A stretch of DNA of 62,955 bases, filler included, from Squatina squatina (lineage: Eukaryota): assembly GCA_031763465.1 (NCBI GenBank). It is 4 parts of 3 records of this genome, joined end to end, with 100 filler letters (N's around TTAATTAATTAA, not from the genome) between each part and the next. Parts side by side here need not be neighbours in the genome. Positions count along the whole stretch, not along the records: positions 34,236 to 47,558 come from JARFOE010000234.1; positions 47,659 to 62,955 come from JARFOE010000222.1; 2 more parts are not named here. One strand, given 5' to 3'. The notes beneath the pieces are model-generated. The model was not told the DNA's origin, did not search any database, and was given only the letters and a program-made list of their open reading frames with translations. The position numbers and the translations under genes are program-made. Positions 36,553 to 49,250 of this stretch are shown one piece after another (position 1 is the first letter of the stretch; each line of letters begins with the position of its first letter).

Positions 36553-38515
36553 TCCGAATTAAATGGCGGTGCCAAAACATTTGGCACAAAGCTTCCTGAG
36601 AACTAACTGCTGACATGGAAAAAAATAACAAAAATCTACAAAATAAATCTGTTAAACCAGACTCAAAATGCAGTAATAAGTTTTCTGATAGGCCTCTTAA
36701 AAAGCACTTCTGCATAGAGTACAGATCCTAGCAACCACGGACACCCACTTTATACACAAGAGTTTATGACTCAGTGTGCTTTACCAGTGCAAACTCTGGG
36801 AAATTGCATGGATGTCTAAGTGATATAATTGGAATCTTTTTTAAGTATTGCAACTGGGAAACTAATGATACAGAATGTAAGCCCCCTCGCCCTTTCGGGA
36901 GGATGCAGTTTTACATTGAACAGAAGTTCCTCTTATCATTAACGCTTTATTAATCGTTTCATGCCGAGGCAATCTTGTACTTTTAAGAAGCAACCTGTTC
37001 TCCCTGTAAAGGTTCGCTGGAATAAAGTTTTTAAGCACAACTCGGGGACCCCTCGGGGTCTTTGCAGGTTGTGTGTGAGCATGGGTCCGGTGCAAATGCA
37101 ATAATATGTATGTGTTTTTTCTTGTGGGTGGGGTTTTAACATTGGACAATGATATGAGATGCGAGGCGATCAGCTAACCAAATACCAATTGTTCAGAGTG
37201 CGCACCTCCTAAGTGGACTGGAGTTGCATCATTCCCGGGCGATAGGAAAGCTCACCGTGTCTCATTTAACACACTGGACAGGAAGCAAGGGACCCAGTGT
37301 GGCAGCAGTCAGCTTTCCAACCCGCCGGAAAGAGAGAGGTTCGTTCAGTGGAACTGGCTCGGGTGAAGGTTATTTCAACAATTCTGTGAGCCTTTAAGAA
37401 ATGCCCCGGGACATTTTATCTAGTGTGGTTGTTTGGCTATAAAAAAATTCAAGGGAGTTGGATGATTTAAAAGCATTTTTGTTAAAGATAAAAACATCCT
37501 TCAGACGTGAAGTTTGACACAGAAAGCGCTGCTTTCAATGGTCTCACTATAACCCGGTGCAGGCTCCCTGTGCCGAGGGATGATTCAAAGCATTGCGGAT
37601 GATTAATGAGTGGTGTCCGGGGAGAGGATCAGCACCACCTCTGAACCAGACCTTCACTTCGTAAAAGTGCTGTCAAATAGAGTGACGACACTCCAGCCTT
37701 TCAAATCTGTTCATTACTGCCGACCTGACAATGTCACTTAAATCACAGAGCCTACAATTGTCTGCAACCTCAACAGGGGACTTATCCGACCCGACAAAGC
37801 TGGCTTGCAAGCCGAATAAGAGGCATTTTCTACTTCCTAAATATCAGCCTGTCACAGCCTGTCATCACTTGGTGAATGCGGCGATTTTAAATGGCATTTA
37901 ATACCTGGAAATAATGTTATTTTCTTGGCCCTTTTTGAAACTGAACCAAAGGGTAACAAAGACAGATTCAGGTTCCTATTTGCTTTTTTCACATTCATTG
38001 ATGATGGCTCGTGTTTTTTCTGCAACTTCCTGATTGCCCAACCACTACTTAAAAAAGAATGCATATTCAGAAGAAATGGTAAGCCTAAGTAATATACAAG
38101 TACATCTCCATTAATGTTTTTGACCTGCTTGGTTGATGTAAAAACAGCCCAGTCTGAGAAAATTATCTACTTACTGAGGCTGATCCTAATTTTCTTTTTG
38201 ACCTCCTGGTTCCTGTTGCTGACCAGCAGTTTCTTCTCCAGAAGTTATGAGCCTTGGAACAGGGACCTCACTCCACCCAAATATAGGAACTCATGAAGCA
38301 GTGGTGGCATTTTCAAAGTCTATTGGACAAGCATGGAGTTCACTCCAACACTGTCACTGCCCTCCAGAATCAGTCCCCAGAGTCATTCACAAGCCAAACT
38401 ACGCTTCAAGGCTATCCTACTGTGCCATGCACACTCCATCTTGTATACTACACATTAAGAATGCAGCAGTGTAATATGTAATAATGTACAATTGGTTAAC
38501 AACAACTTGCATTAG

Positions 38516-38836
38516 TACTTCAGCAATTCCTTCGGTTGTGATGGGAAATCAGAGCTCTGCGTCTTTTAGGAACTCCACAGGAGTCAAAATGTGTGTTAGA
38601 AATGCATATACAGTAGCGACAACAGCTACAGGTGCAACTCTTCCAACACCAACGTTTGCAACATTTGGTTCACTTCCCAATGCTTTGCTTAAAGGAAACA
38701 ACAGTATGTCTGGATCTAATCAAGGAATGTTACCAACTAGACTTCCTGTTGCTATTTCAACGGTGAAAGCCGAGCACCTTGCTTCCTCAATGCTTCTTAC
38801 ATCTGCGCAGCCAAAGATGTCACATCAGTCACTGAT
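38516..38836 (+). CDS. KIAA2026: KIAA2026/BRD10 coding segment (5' boundary uncertain)
   Basis: VAISTVKAEHLASSMLLTSAQP matches recalled VAISTVKTGHLASSVLISTTQP. Confidence 0.75.
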
Positions 38837-38937
38837 NNNNNNNNNNNNNNNNNNNNNNNNNNNNNNNNNNNNNNNNNNNNNNNNNNNNNNNNNNNNNNNN
38901 NNNNNNNNNNNNNNNNNNNNNNNNNNNNNNNNNNNNG

Positions 38938-40044
38938 ATTCCTTCTCTCCCTTTGCCAATTACAGCTGCTTTACCAAACCCAATAACAGTCAATTCAAAG
39001 ATGTTACCAACAAACACTCAACCAATAAGTACAGCCTTTTCCCCACAAAACACACACTTTTCAAAAGACAGTTGTCAAACAGTCATTCGTTTTCAGAGTC
39101 CAAACACAATAGAATCACCAACCAATGCAAGTACTGTTCCAAGGTTTGCAGCTGTGCAAACAGCTACTCGTTTGAGTGCACCACCTGTTGGTAATGTGTT
39201 GTCTCCTGCTGGTTTGGGTCTTAGTTTGGCGCATCAAACAACGGTACACAGTTTAACAAAACATCAAATGAGTACCAATACAGTTACTGCAGCTAGTTCC
39301 ATAATGCAGCCTACAGCAACTGTGCCATCTTCTGTTAACAAAGTGTCTGGGCCATTAAACGAATCTTGTATACGGCAGAAAATAGTTATCAACACGAGTA
39401 CTCCTTTGGCACCAGGAACTCAAATAGTCATTAACAATCATCGATTTGTTGTTCCACCTCAAGGCCTTGGATCTGGTAGCCATGTCCTTCTGATTTCCAA
39501 TACACCGAAACAGAGTGGTCCTCAAGCAGTAAATCTCAATGCAGGAACTGATACATCTGCATGCCAGAAGGCCATGATGGTATCTGCAATATCCCACCGT
39601 TCTCAATCATCTCTTTCTCCTTGTGTTCTTCCACCTGAAAAATTACTTCAAAACCTGTGTGTTCAGAGTGCTGCACAAACAATAACTGCTGTTTCTAAAT
39701 CTGCTCAGTTTACAACAGGATCAACACTGATAAATGTTCCTACACCAAGGCCTCAACTTCAGACTGCAGTATGTAAATTCCAAGCTCCTACGAGCCAGAG
39801 TGCCACAGTTCTTCCAGTAGATACTTCCTTCAGTAAGTTATTGGTCAGTCCAGAGGGAGCTGTTCTAAATGCTATTAATACTGTGGTTAATCCCGTTGCA
39901 AAAGTGGTGTCACCATCCACACCATCCACTCTGACTCATATTTCAGCAAGTTCAAGTGTGAATGCTGCTGTAGTCTTCCCTGCATTTAAGACATCTGAAG
40001 TAATTGACCCTACCAGAACTGTTTCAGCATCTTCCAATCTTTGA
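38938..40044 (+). CDS. KIAA2026: KIAA2026/BRD10 C-terminus with stop
   Basis: CIRQKIVINTSTPLAPGTQIVINNHRFVVPPQGLGSGSHVLLIS and SKLLVSPEGAVLN, TGA at 40042, then an AT-rich 3'UTR-like stretch with ATTAAA near 40754. Confidence 0.92.
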   Translation: MPSLPLPITAALPNPITVNSKMLPTNTQPISTAFSPQNTHFSKDSCQTVIRFQSPNTIESPTNASTVPRFAAVQTATRLSAPPVGNVLSPAGLGLSLAHQTTVHSLTKHQMSTNTVTAASSIMQPTATVPSSVNKVSGPLNESCIRQKIVINTSTPLAPGTQIVINNHRFVVPPQGLGSGSHVLLISNTPKQSGPQAVNLNAGTDTSACQKAMMVSAISHRSQSSLSPCVLPPEKLLQNLCVQSAAQTITAVSKSAQFTTGSTLINVPTPRPQLQTAVCKFQAPTSQSATVLPVDTSFSKLLVSPEGAVLNAINTVVNPVAKVVSPSTPSTLTHISASSSVNAAVVFPAFKTSEVIDPTRTVSASSNL

Positions 40045-41589
40045 ACTACAACTGCCAGATATCCAAACCATGGGGATTGCGAGAGCCTTCAATAGAACTG
40101 GAATTATTCTCAGATTATGTTTTGGTTTTAGGGATAAGGCACAACTTATTACATCAGCCAAGTTGTTTAAGATAACGGTGACTGAGATGTCTAAGAGGCA
40201 CAAATATTTATTTAGTCTGCAATTACTAAATTCCTGTTGCAAAGATGTTTTCCTTGTGTTGTATGTGTGAAATCTGTGTATTTCAATGTACAAAAACAAT
40301 GTTAAAATTTATAAGACAGCAAATTTGAATGGACTTGTAAATTTCCCCTGGTTTATAATTTTAACAAAAGCATAGCAATTTTAGTGATTGCTTACTGTGC
40401 ACTCAAAAGCTTCTTGCACACTTGCAGTACGACCTGTATCGATGTCTACATCTTTGGTATGCTGCAATGTTCTACTTTTAAGTATGTGATTTTAAAAAAA
40501 AATGTGCAGTCAAAAAAAGCATAAGACTTGTTTATATGCTATTGCTTCCTTTTTTAAGTATTTAACATAGAAAACTTCTGCAGTCTGTTGTACAGTTGTA
40601 AATACTTTTGAACCCAGAAAGTTGTACTAAAGTGAATGTACAAAAGAATTTTGCTAATTTATTTGTTTCTTGTTTATATAATGTATAGGTTTTTAAGCTG
40701 TTTAGTAGCTTTTAAGGACCAGTGTTTAGAAAAATGCAGACAAATCTGCATGATTAAAAAGGTGTGCAATTGTTATTTATGTGCTGCTTATGGTTTTTAT
40801 TCGAATGCAAGTTCCCTCCCCAACTATGGCCTGTAATTTGTGGTCAGTGGCAAAGCAAAGGCATTCACTGCTGGTCCCGAAGTTAGCTTCCCACAAAGAT
40901 CTCTCGAAGTTCTGCTTTTCCGACGTGCAGTTGAAATCAGCGTAGTTTAGTGGGAATCTACTAAACAGCATTCTGCTGTGATGTCAACAAGCTGCCTAAG
41001 CAGCCAATCACAATGTAGAATTCTCACAGATGGAGAACCAGGAAGTGAGTAAGTTCCTTTTGATTCTAACTTTTTTGTTAAAATGTTAGAGCAAAACAAA
41101 GACTGGGGCTCTCACTTGGGGAAAAAGGTAAACCTGAAATAAAGATGAACAAACTTTGTTTAAAATTTTTTAAACAAAAGTAGTCTTAAATTTTAATTTT
41201 AATTAAAATTGATAAACTTTTGACACGCCACAAAATTAAAATTAGTTTTTCAGGGCCAAAGCCTTTGTTTAGCAGTCAGTACACTGTTAAAACCCCAGTT
41301 ACCGCTAATCAAAAAAGGCCTAACTTTTAATTGCGTTATTACCGCAGAAAAGCCCAAGTTTTTGTCAGTTTCCCTGATTTGACAGATTACACTGTTGGCT
41401 ATGTGGGGGTGGTGGGAGGCACAATGCAGCCAGTGTCAGAACAGTGAATGACTGACTGTAACTTCAAGAATTCTGCNNNNNNNNNNNNNNNNNNNNNNNN
41501 NNNNNNNNNNNNNNNNNNNNNNNNNNNNNNNNNNNNNNNNNNNNNNNNNNNNNNNNNNNNNNNNNNNNNNNNNNNNGTGTGACAGGTTT

Positions 41590-41795
41590 AGTTGCCGAGT
41601 CCCTAAGCTCTAGAATTCCCTGCCTAAACCTCTGTGCCTCTCTCCTCCTTCAAGACGCTCTTTAAAACCTGCCTCTTTGACCAAGCTTTTGGTCATCTGC
41701 CCTAATTTCTCCTTGTGCGGCTCAGTTTCAGATAAATACCCCTGCGAGGCGCCTTGGGACGTTTCACTACATTAAAGGTGCTATATAAATACATG
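41590..41795 (+). mobile_element. L2-type LINE 3' end
   Basis: ccctaagctctagaattccc...aaaggtgctatataaat; homologous to 44403-44706. Confidence 0.7.
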
Positions 41796-41956
41796 GTAAT
41801 TTAAAAAAAAAATTAATTCAAGGGAATTAGCACTTCTGGAATTCCAGCAGCTGTCAATACAGAGGAAGTCTTGATTGTTCGGGTTAATTTGTATTAAAAG
41901 TACAAATGCCAGTGAGTCCGATGATTCCTATCTGACGAGCTGCTTGTTTTTGACAG

Positions 41957-42084
41957 GTGCCAGTGATGATGCAGTTAGTTGTGCAGTTATGTTGGAAGTT
42001 CTGAATGCGCTGTCTCATTCATCTACTCCTCTGCAACATGCAGTCATATTTGTTTTCAATGGAGCAGAAGAGAATGTTTTGCAA
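41957..42084 (+). CDS. ERMP1: ERMP1 exon (M28 peptidase domain)
   Basis: (G)ASDDAVSCAVMLEVL...VIFVFNGAEENVLQ with the M28 zinc-ligand motifs; bounded by cag and gtaagt. Confidence 0.95.
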
Positions 42085-42193
42085 GTAAGTTATAAAGCTG
42101 ACCAATATGTTGAATATATACAACACAAAAGTAATACAGCATTATCCTTCCTGACCCTGAATGTACCATCCTGTGCATGTTTTCTTTTGGCAG

Positions 42194-42265
42194 GCAAGCC
42201 ATGGATTTATTACACAGCACCCTTGGGCTAAGCTAATAAGGGCATTTATTAACCTAGAAGCTGCT
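42194..42265 (+). CDS. ERMP1: ERMP1 exon, truncated by gap
   Basis: [24 protein letters not shown]. Confidence 0.95.
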
Positions 42266-42365
42266 NNNNNNNNNNNNNNNNNNNNNNNNNNNNNNNNNNN
42301 NNNNNNNNNNNNNNNNNNNNNNNNNNNNNNNNNNNNNNNNNNNNNNNNNNNNNNNNNNNNNNNNN

Positions 42366-42508
42366 ACCTCCGACAGTGCAGCAACTCCCTCAGCACTGCA
42401 CTGGGAGTGTCAGCCTAGATTTATGTGCTCAAGTCCCTGGAGTGGGTCTTGAACCCACAACCCTCCTGACTGAGACGATTGTGTTACCCACTGAGTCATA
42501 GCTGACTG
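42366..42508 (-). mobile_element. DeuSINE head fragment
   Basis: gacagtgcagca.ctccctcagcactgcactgg...cttgaacccacaacc, the same as 57780-57910. Confidence 0.75.
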
Positions 42509-42731
42509 TGGTTCCTCTGCCATTTTTATCTCTTCAGTATCTGCAAAATGAAGCCAATTGATGATTACTTGTGTAAGCTTCAGCCCTTATTTGCATGCAC
42601 TGCTGATTTTCTACAGTCTAATGATTGCAACAGTTTATTCACTAAGTACATGAGAGGAATCAGAATTTGGAAGTAGGCACTTAAAACAAATTATTTTTAA
42701 GCTGCTATTCTAAACTGTCTTGTATTTGTAG

Positions 42732-42944
42732 GTGACAATATACTGGCTGTACTGCAGTACCTGGCGACGTCTGTGGAGCTGGCTGACTCAACGCAGTATC
42801 GCCATGGGACCATGGTGTTTTTTGATGTACTTGGATTGTTTGTCGTGGCCTACCCACAACGGATTGGTGCTATAATAAACTATTTGGTGGCTGTAGCAGC
42901 TGTTTTCTACTTAGGAAAAAAATTCTCCATGTCAATAAATCATG
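42732..42944 (+). CDS. ERMP1: ERMP1 exon (first transmembrane region)
   Basis: (G)[13 protein letters not shown]...[29 protein letters not shown]; bounded by tag and gtaagt, phase 1-1. Confidence 0.93.
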
Positions 42945-44402
42945 GTAAGTCAAATCAAACTCTTAATGGATTTTTGCAGTGGTGGCTTTTTAATCCTAAA
43001 AATATTGAACTTTTAAGGAAGTATAGTGCCATTGGGTTTAAAATAACATTGCAAAGAACAATTGGCTCATCTCTTGGCTTGGCTTTGTTGGTTGCACTCT
43101 CTAGGTCAGAAGGTTGCAGGTTTGAGCCTCACTCCAGGACTTGAGCATGTAATCTTGGCCGATAACTGAAGTTGTGCATAGTCAGAGGTGGTGTCCTTCA
43201 TTTGAGATGTTGGGCCAAGTCTGCAACTGTTTGCTATTGTGTTGGCCTTTAAAGATCCTACATCACCATTCTGGGAAGAGCAGGAGTTTCTGCTGGTGTG
43301 CTCTGCCCTACAATGTTAATGAGCCTATAACGTTACTGTGGGATGTTGTCTCAACATTTAAAAAGGTGAACAAACCTACATGTTTTCTACATTCCCCTTC
43401 CACATCATGGAATCTTACTCCTATTAAGTAAAAGCATTTATGTGGGATGCAATCAAGTGGTAACAATGTTTTGGAATCTGGTGCCGATATCTGGATACCA
43501 TTGCCTTCACAATCCTAAACATCCCCCTCGATAACAGGCAATTTAAAAAAGGGAAAAATAGCTCGTATTTTTTAGTGCCTAGTNNNNNNNNNNNNNNNNN
43601 NNNNNNNNNNNNNNNNNNNNNNNNNNNNNNNNNNNNNNNNNNNNNNNNNNNNNNNNNNNNNNNNNNNNNNNNNNNNNNNNNNNNNNNNNNNNNNNNNNNN
43701 NNNNNNNNNNNNNNNNNNNNNNNNNNNNNNNNNNNNNNNNNNNNNNNNNNNNNNNNNNNNNNNNNNNNNNNNNNNNNNNNNNNNNNNNNNNNNNNNNNNN
43801 NNNNNNNNNNNNNNNNNNNNNNNNNNNNNNNNNNNNNNNNNNNNNNNNNNNNNNNNNNNNNNNNNNNNNNNNNNNNNNNNNNNNNNNNNNNNNNNNNNNN
43901 NNNNNNNNNNNNNNNNNNNNNNNNNNNNNNNNNNNNNNNNNNNNNNNNNNNNNNNNNNNNNNNNNNNNNNNNNNNNNNNNNNNNNNNNNNNNNNNNNNNN
44001 NNNNNNNNNNNNNNNNNNNNNNNNNNNNNNNNNNNNNNNNNNNNNNNNNNNNNNNNNNNNNNNNNNNNNNNNNNNNNNNNNNNNNNNNNNNNNNNNNNNN
44101 NNNNNNNNNNNNNNNNNNNNNNNNNNNNNNNNNNNNNNNNNNNNNNNNNNNNNNNNNNNNNNNNNNNNNNNNNNNNNNNNNNNNNNNNNNNNNNNNNNNN
44201 NNNNNNNNNNNNNNNNNNNNNNNNNNNNNNNNNNNNNNNNNNNNNNNNNNNNNNNNNNNNNNNNNNNNNNNNNNNNNNNNNNNNNNNNNNNNNNNNNNNN
44301 NNNNNNNNNNNNNNNNNNNNNNNNNNNNNNNNNNNNNNNNNNNNNNNNNNNNNNNNNNNNNNNNNNNNNNNNNNNNNNNNNNNNNNNNNNNNNNNNNNNN
44401 NN

Positions 44403-44706
44403 TTGTTTTCAAATCCCTCGCCCCTCCCTATCTCTGTAATCTCTGCTTTCCTCTGATTCTGACCTCTTGTGCATCCCTGATTTTCATCACTCTACCATTG
44501 GCACCTGTGCCTTCAGCTGCTTAGGCCCTAAGCTCTAAAATTCCCTCCCCAAACCTCTCTACCTCTTTTTTTAAGTTGCTGTTTAAAACCTGACCGAATC
44601 TCTTTATGTGGCTCCGTGTCAAATTTCGGCTGATAATGCTCCTGCGAAACGCCTGGGGATATTTTTAAACTATGTTAAAGGTGCTATATAAATGCACGTT
44701 GTTGTT
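44403..44706 (+). mobile_element. L2-type LINE 3' end
   Basis: gccttcagctgcttaggccctaagctct...aaaggtgctatataaatgcacgttgttgtt. Confidence 0.75.
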
Positions 44707-44789
44707 AATATCTGATAATTGGGTCCTAAAATGATACCAGTTATGTTTCTGTTTATCTTGCGAAGTGTAACTGGTGTGATTATTTACAG

Positions 44790-45010
44790 GTTCTCACTAT
44801 AGGAGGGATCTCCTTTATGGATTCGGTGTCACAATAATCTGCTGGTTTATCATTTTTGTAACAATCCTTATTGTAGCAGTATTCGTGTCTCTGACTGGAC
44901 ATGCGATGTCTTGGTACACCCACTTCTATGTTTCTGTCATTTTGTATGGCTCAATAGCCCTTGCTAAGCTCATACTGATTCACACACTTGCAAAAAATCT
45001 TTACTATGGA
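44790..45010 (+). CDS. ERMP1: ERMP1 exon (transmembrane region)
   Basis: YRRDLLYGFGVTIICWF...AMSWYTHFYVSVILYG...IHTLAKNLYYG; bounded by cag and gtaagt, in phase with the previous exon. Confidence 0.92.
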
Positions 45011-47558
45011 GTAAGTATATTGATTCTTGTTACGTTTGTTATTTATATTCCATGTCTTGTCAATTGATGCCTGACTAATATTACCTATCATCTCCTCCTC
45101 TTCCNNNNNNNNNNNNNNNNNNNNNNNNNNNNNNNNNNNNNNNNNNNNNNNNNNNNNNNNNNNNNNNNNNNNNNNNNNNNNNNNNNNNNNNNNNNNNNNN
45201 NNNNCTGCACGAACAACAGAATTTGTTATGAAAAGGAGAGGACCAACTATGGTACTGCCTTAACTGTCTATCAGCTTATATAATAAAACAAATAAAACAT
45301 GGTGATAAGTTATTTCATTTATAAAAATGACTTTAGATCATATTTTTAACATTTAGGACCTTGGTGAAAATTTCTCAACATTGTCTAATTTTTAAAAAAG
45401 TTCTTTGGATTGCTCCCAATTAGATTTGTGGTGTTTCAACAAGTTAATGCATCAGTTATTTTATGGTCATGTTAGCAAATTTTGTAATTATATTTTGACT
45501 GAATATTGAGTACATTAGTGGAAAACAATATCAAATTACTTTCAAATGCAAGCAATTAAAATGCTACAACTAAATATGAAGGTAATATGGTGCATAAAAA
45601 CATAACTGCTCAGAAAACAGACAAGATAGTCCAAAATATAATTAACCTTGCAGTGTGTACTTATGATGCTCAACACACTTCAAAATTAGTTAAGAATCTG
45701 GCCTCAGTTTAGCCCAACCAATTCTAGGGCTCAATAACCAATCAATACATATTGTTTAGTATCCGTATTGCAACAGGCTGTCAGTCTTACTGTATGGTAC
45801 ATGTACAACATGAATCCAGTCTCTTTTCACATTCCTCAATCACATTAAACATAAAGTTTAAAAAAAAAAATCCCTTTTAAAGGAGATATTACCCTTTTAA
45901 ATAATTCTGTTTCTACCCATCATTTCCCTAAAGGCCTAACAGAAGCATGTGTTCAATACAGTTACAATTAGTATACTAGTTACTGCTTAGGGCTAGGTTA
46001 CTAATTTGGTCCACATCAAAATTCAATTAAGTTCAGTTTAGCTATAAAAATAGACTACTCAATTTTGTTGTATAAAATAAGCAACATTTTGCATTTTTTG
46101 TTCAAATTGCACTGTAACAAATATATGCTATCTTAGTCTTTTAATACTGCTTCAGGTACTTTTATTTTATCTGCATTAAAATGCAAGGAAGCAGCTATGA
46201 AGGCGGTACCACTACATAAGATCATACACTGCAGCTCAGAGTAGGAAATTAATCAGTGTGCGGGTTTGCTCCCTTGAAAACAGATCAATATCTTAATCAA
46301 GCTTTAGTTATGACAGCTTTTATTAAAAGCTATTAAAAAGGATGTTGCTTGTTACGGCTTATATTTATTTATTGTACACGTTGCTAGAACCTAACTAGCA
46401 AGTATAAACACATGATTACATAGCTTTATTATATTTACATAAAAATACTTTCTGCATCTAGAACAAAAGCTTGAGATTTTTTTGGAAAAGCAATAAATAA
46501 AGGCATTTCTAAACTCAAACCTGTTAAAAGTCTTACTGATTATGTATAATTTTCATAAAAAGGGTCTTTTCCAGCCCTTCCCTCTACAAAGCAATGGTAT
46601 TTATTTTACAATGTAAATCACACAAAGATCTTACATCAGGGTACCAAGTTCCGATTTAAACAGCATCACAGTTTCTAACGTTTGACAGCTACTGTAGGCT
46701 CATGCAATACGCATGCATAGACATATAGTTGCGTTTGAACACTGTACATATAAACAGCTGCTGCAAGAGCAGTTTGGTTAGTGATTATACTTTAAACTGA
46801 ATCCAAAATGCACTTTTTTTTTTTAAAAAAGGTCTATACAAAATACTTGAACAGAGGATCAATTCCTAAAGCACCAACACAGCAGGTTTCAAAATTAAGT
46901 TGAACACAAATAGTCTCGTACACATGCTGTGCACATGTCTTGTGCTATGCAAGTGGTGATGGGTTTTCCTAGCGAAGACTAGCGATTTGTCAGTGAAGTA
47001 TCTGGTGGTTGTGCCAAGTAGCATGATTTGTAGAAGTTCCTGCTACCAGCGGTCGACTCACCACAGACCCAAGGAGGGTCATTTTAGGAAACTATTATCT
47101 TTTGCGCAATAGAGCATGTTTGACTTTGATGAAATCTACCTTGTTTGAAACTGAAGATCAACAATAGTAGTTTCTGTATGCCCAATATTAAGTGCACATA
47201 TTCTCCTTAGAGACACACCCCATTTACCAAGTCCAGAGAGCCTAGGAAGAGCCAAAGTTTAAGGGCCCTTAAGCATGTGCAGGAGTACTGCTGAAATTAA
47301 TCTAGCCAAAACACCCCAGCCTAAGAATGGAGTATTGGTAAGCACCCTACTACTTTTCCAGCTAGGACCATTAGGACACTGGCTTTTCTGGAGTCAAGTG
47401 GAAAAAAATCCCAGCCCTCAGTTCCATTGGTAAGCCAGGATGGACAGTCTTCAATAGTCCTTTGGAGTACTGAGACCATTTGGCTCAGGTAATGGATTAT
47501 TGAGTCTGGCACAGAGCATACCTTTGGGAGACCAGGGATATCATCTTGGAATCATGTC

Positions 47559-47658
47559 NNNNNNNNNNNNNNNNNNNNNNNNNNNNNNNNNNNNNNNNNN
47601 NNTTAATTAATTAANNNNNNNNNNNNNNNNNNNNNNNNNNNNNNNNNNNNNNNNNNNN
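47559..47658. other. Artificial scaffold spacer 44N-TTAATTAATTAA-44N
   Basis: Linker at 47603-47614. Confidence 0.97.
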
Positions 47659-47904
47659 AAATAGGAACATAGGAAATGACACATTCCATTGATATGCAAT
47701 ATTAACTTTTTATAGCACCAAGTTGTTGGTCAGGTTAATATCCTAGCAAATCTATAACATTGGCTTTATTAGCCAGTAATAGCAACTACACCCTCCTTAC
47801 AAATACTGCCAGCCAGCCATTCCCCTCTCCCACCTTGGACCATCAAGGAAAGCTATGTTCCAAGCCCAAGCATACAGAGCACACAACTTGAAACACTAAC
47901 TTAC

Positions 47905-48236
47905 GTGATAGTGGTACCACGTCCTAATGTATTTCCTCGTGGATCCTCAATTATAGAGAACTCATTGGAATCAGATTCCCAGATGTGCTGCGTACCATTG
48001 TTGTGCTTAGAGGTGACAATAACTTTATCTGCGACCAAGAAAGCAGAGTAGAAGCCAACACCAAACTGACCAATCAGCTCAGAGGTAGACTGGTCATCAC
48101 TTTGCACCTCAGTCAACTTATTCAAGAATTCACTTGTTCCAGACTTTGCAATTGTGCCAAGGTTTTTAATCAACTCATCCTTAGTCATGCCGATGCCTGT
48201 ATCTGTGACATGTAGCATGTTCTTCTCTTTGTCAGC
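47905..48236 (-). CDS. HSP90B1: Endoplasmin/GRP94 exon (HATPase domain)
   Basis: [18 protein letters not shown]...[13 protein letters not shown]...[44 protein letters not shown]; bounded by tag and gtaagt. Confidence 0.97.
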
Positions 48237-48756
48237 CTAGGGAGAAATCAAAGTCCTTAACTGTAAATAATGTATCACCAAACCATCACTGCATTCTCAT
48301 TTGCACCAGTTCATGAAGATAATTCACTCATCAGGAAAGTAAATTTGGTCTTCTGTCTTTCTCGTGCGACTGTAGGTTTACACCCACATGAAAGCAGCAG
48401 AACTCAAGAGCCAAACCTGTTCTTACTCACAAGTACAAATGTAAATGGCAAGGTGCCTATGGTACCACTGATACAAGCTATAATCCTGTCCCAGTCTATA
48501 TTTTATGTGCCCAATGTGTCTCTACTGCTGGAGAAAACAGATGCACTCTGAAGTCAGACAGCTAGGGAGTCTTTAGTTTACTAAATGTCTGATCAAAATC
48601 CCGACTAGAGTAATACATCAGTTAATTCAGCAGAATATTATTACAATCCAAAACAANNNNNNNNNNNNNNNNNNNNNNNNNNNNNNNNNNNNNNNNNNNN
48701 NNNNNNNNNNNNNNNNNNNNNNNNNNNNNNNNNNNNNNNNNNNNNNNNNNNNNNNN

Positions 48757-48985
48757 GGAGTGAAACTTGGTGCAGGATAGGAAGGACATGGGCAGCAGAG
48801 TTTGAGATGAAGTTTATGGAGGGTGGAGAACGGGAGGCGGAGGACGGCAAAGTATTGAAGTAATAGTGGCTGGAGGTGTTAAACGAGGAGTTCAGGGCTG
48901 AGATAGGGATGGAGGCAGGTAATGCTACGGAGATGGAAGTAGGTAGCCTTTTTGATAGAGAGGACACAGTGCTGAATACTCGCAA
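48757..48985 (-). mobile_element. L2-type LINE fragment
   Basis: Minus strand reads ATYFHLRSITCLHPYLS and NSAAHVL. Confidence 0.65.
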
Positions 48986-49066
48986 TAGTCTTGATCAGAT
49001 CACTCTTGTCTCTTTGGAATGTCCAATTGCAATCTAATTCTGGATCATTTGCTTGATTAATTTTAG

Positions 49067-49250
49067 TCATGCCCTCTGAACCTGAGGGAAACCGAGATTT
49101 ATTTCAAAGTGCAGCACAGCATTGGAGACCTGTATCTCAGTAGGGGAAAGTTACAGGACGCAGAAATGCATTTTCGAAAGGCTTTGCACAGTATTGATTA
49201 TGCATCGAAAGATATGAAGAAAAGTCTTCCAGATACAGTAAGGCTGACAG
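49067..49250 (+). CDS. TTC41: TPR-containing exon, probably TTC41
   Basis: TPR-like VQHSIGDLYLSRGKLQDAEMHFRKAL, AG/GT-bounded. The name rests on its position between divergent HSP90B1 and co-oriented NT5DC3. Confidence 0.65.

Noticed and set aside
43575-44456. Long ORFs made of X (also 58122-59891, 58475-59626 and many 100-N-spanning ORFs)
   Set aside because: They read through assembly gaps.
45225-47558. RIC1 3' end expected after ERMP1
   Set aside because: The sequence is AT-rich and UTR-like, but I found no recognisable RIC1 coding exon, so the call cannot be supported.
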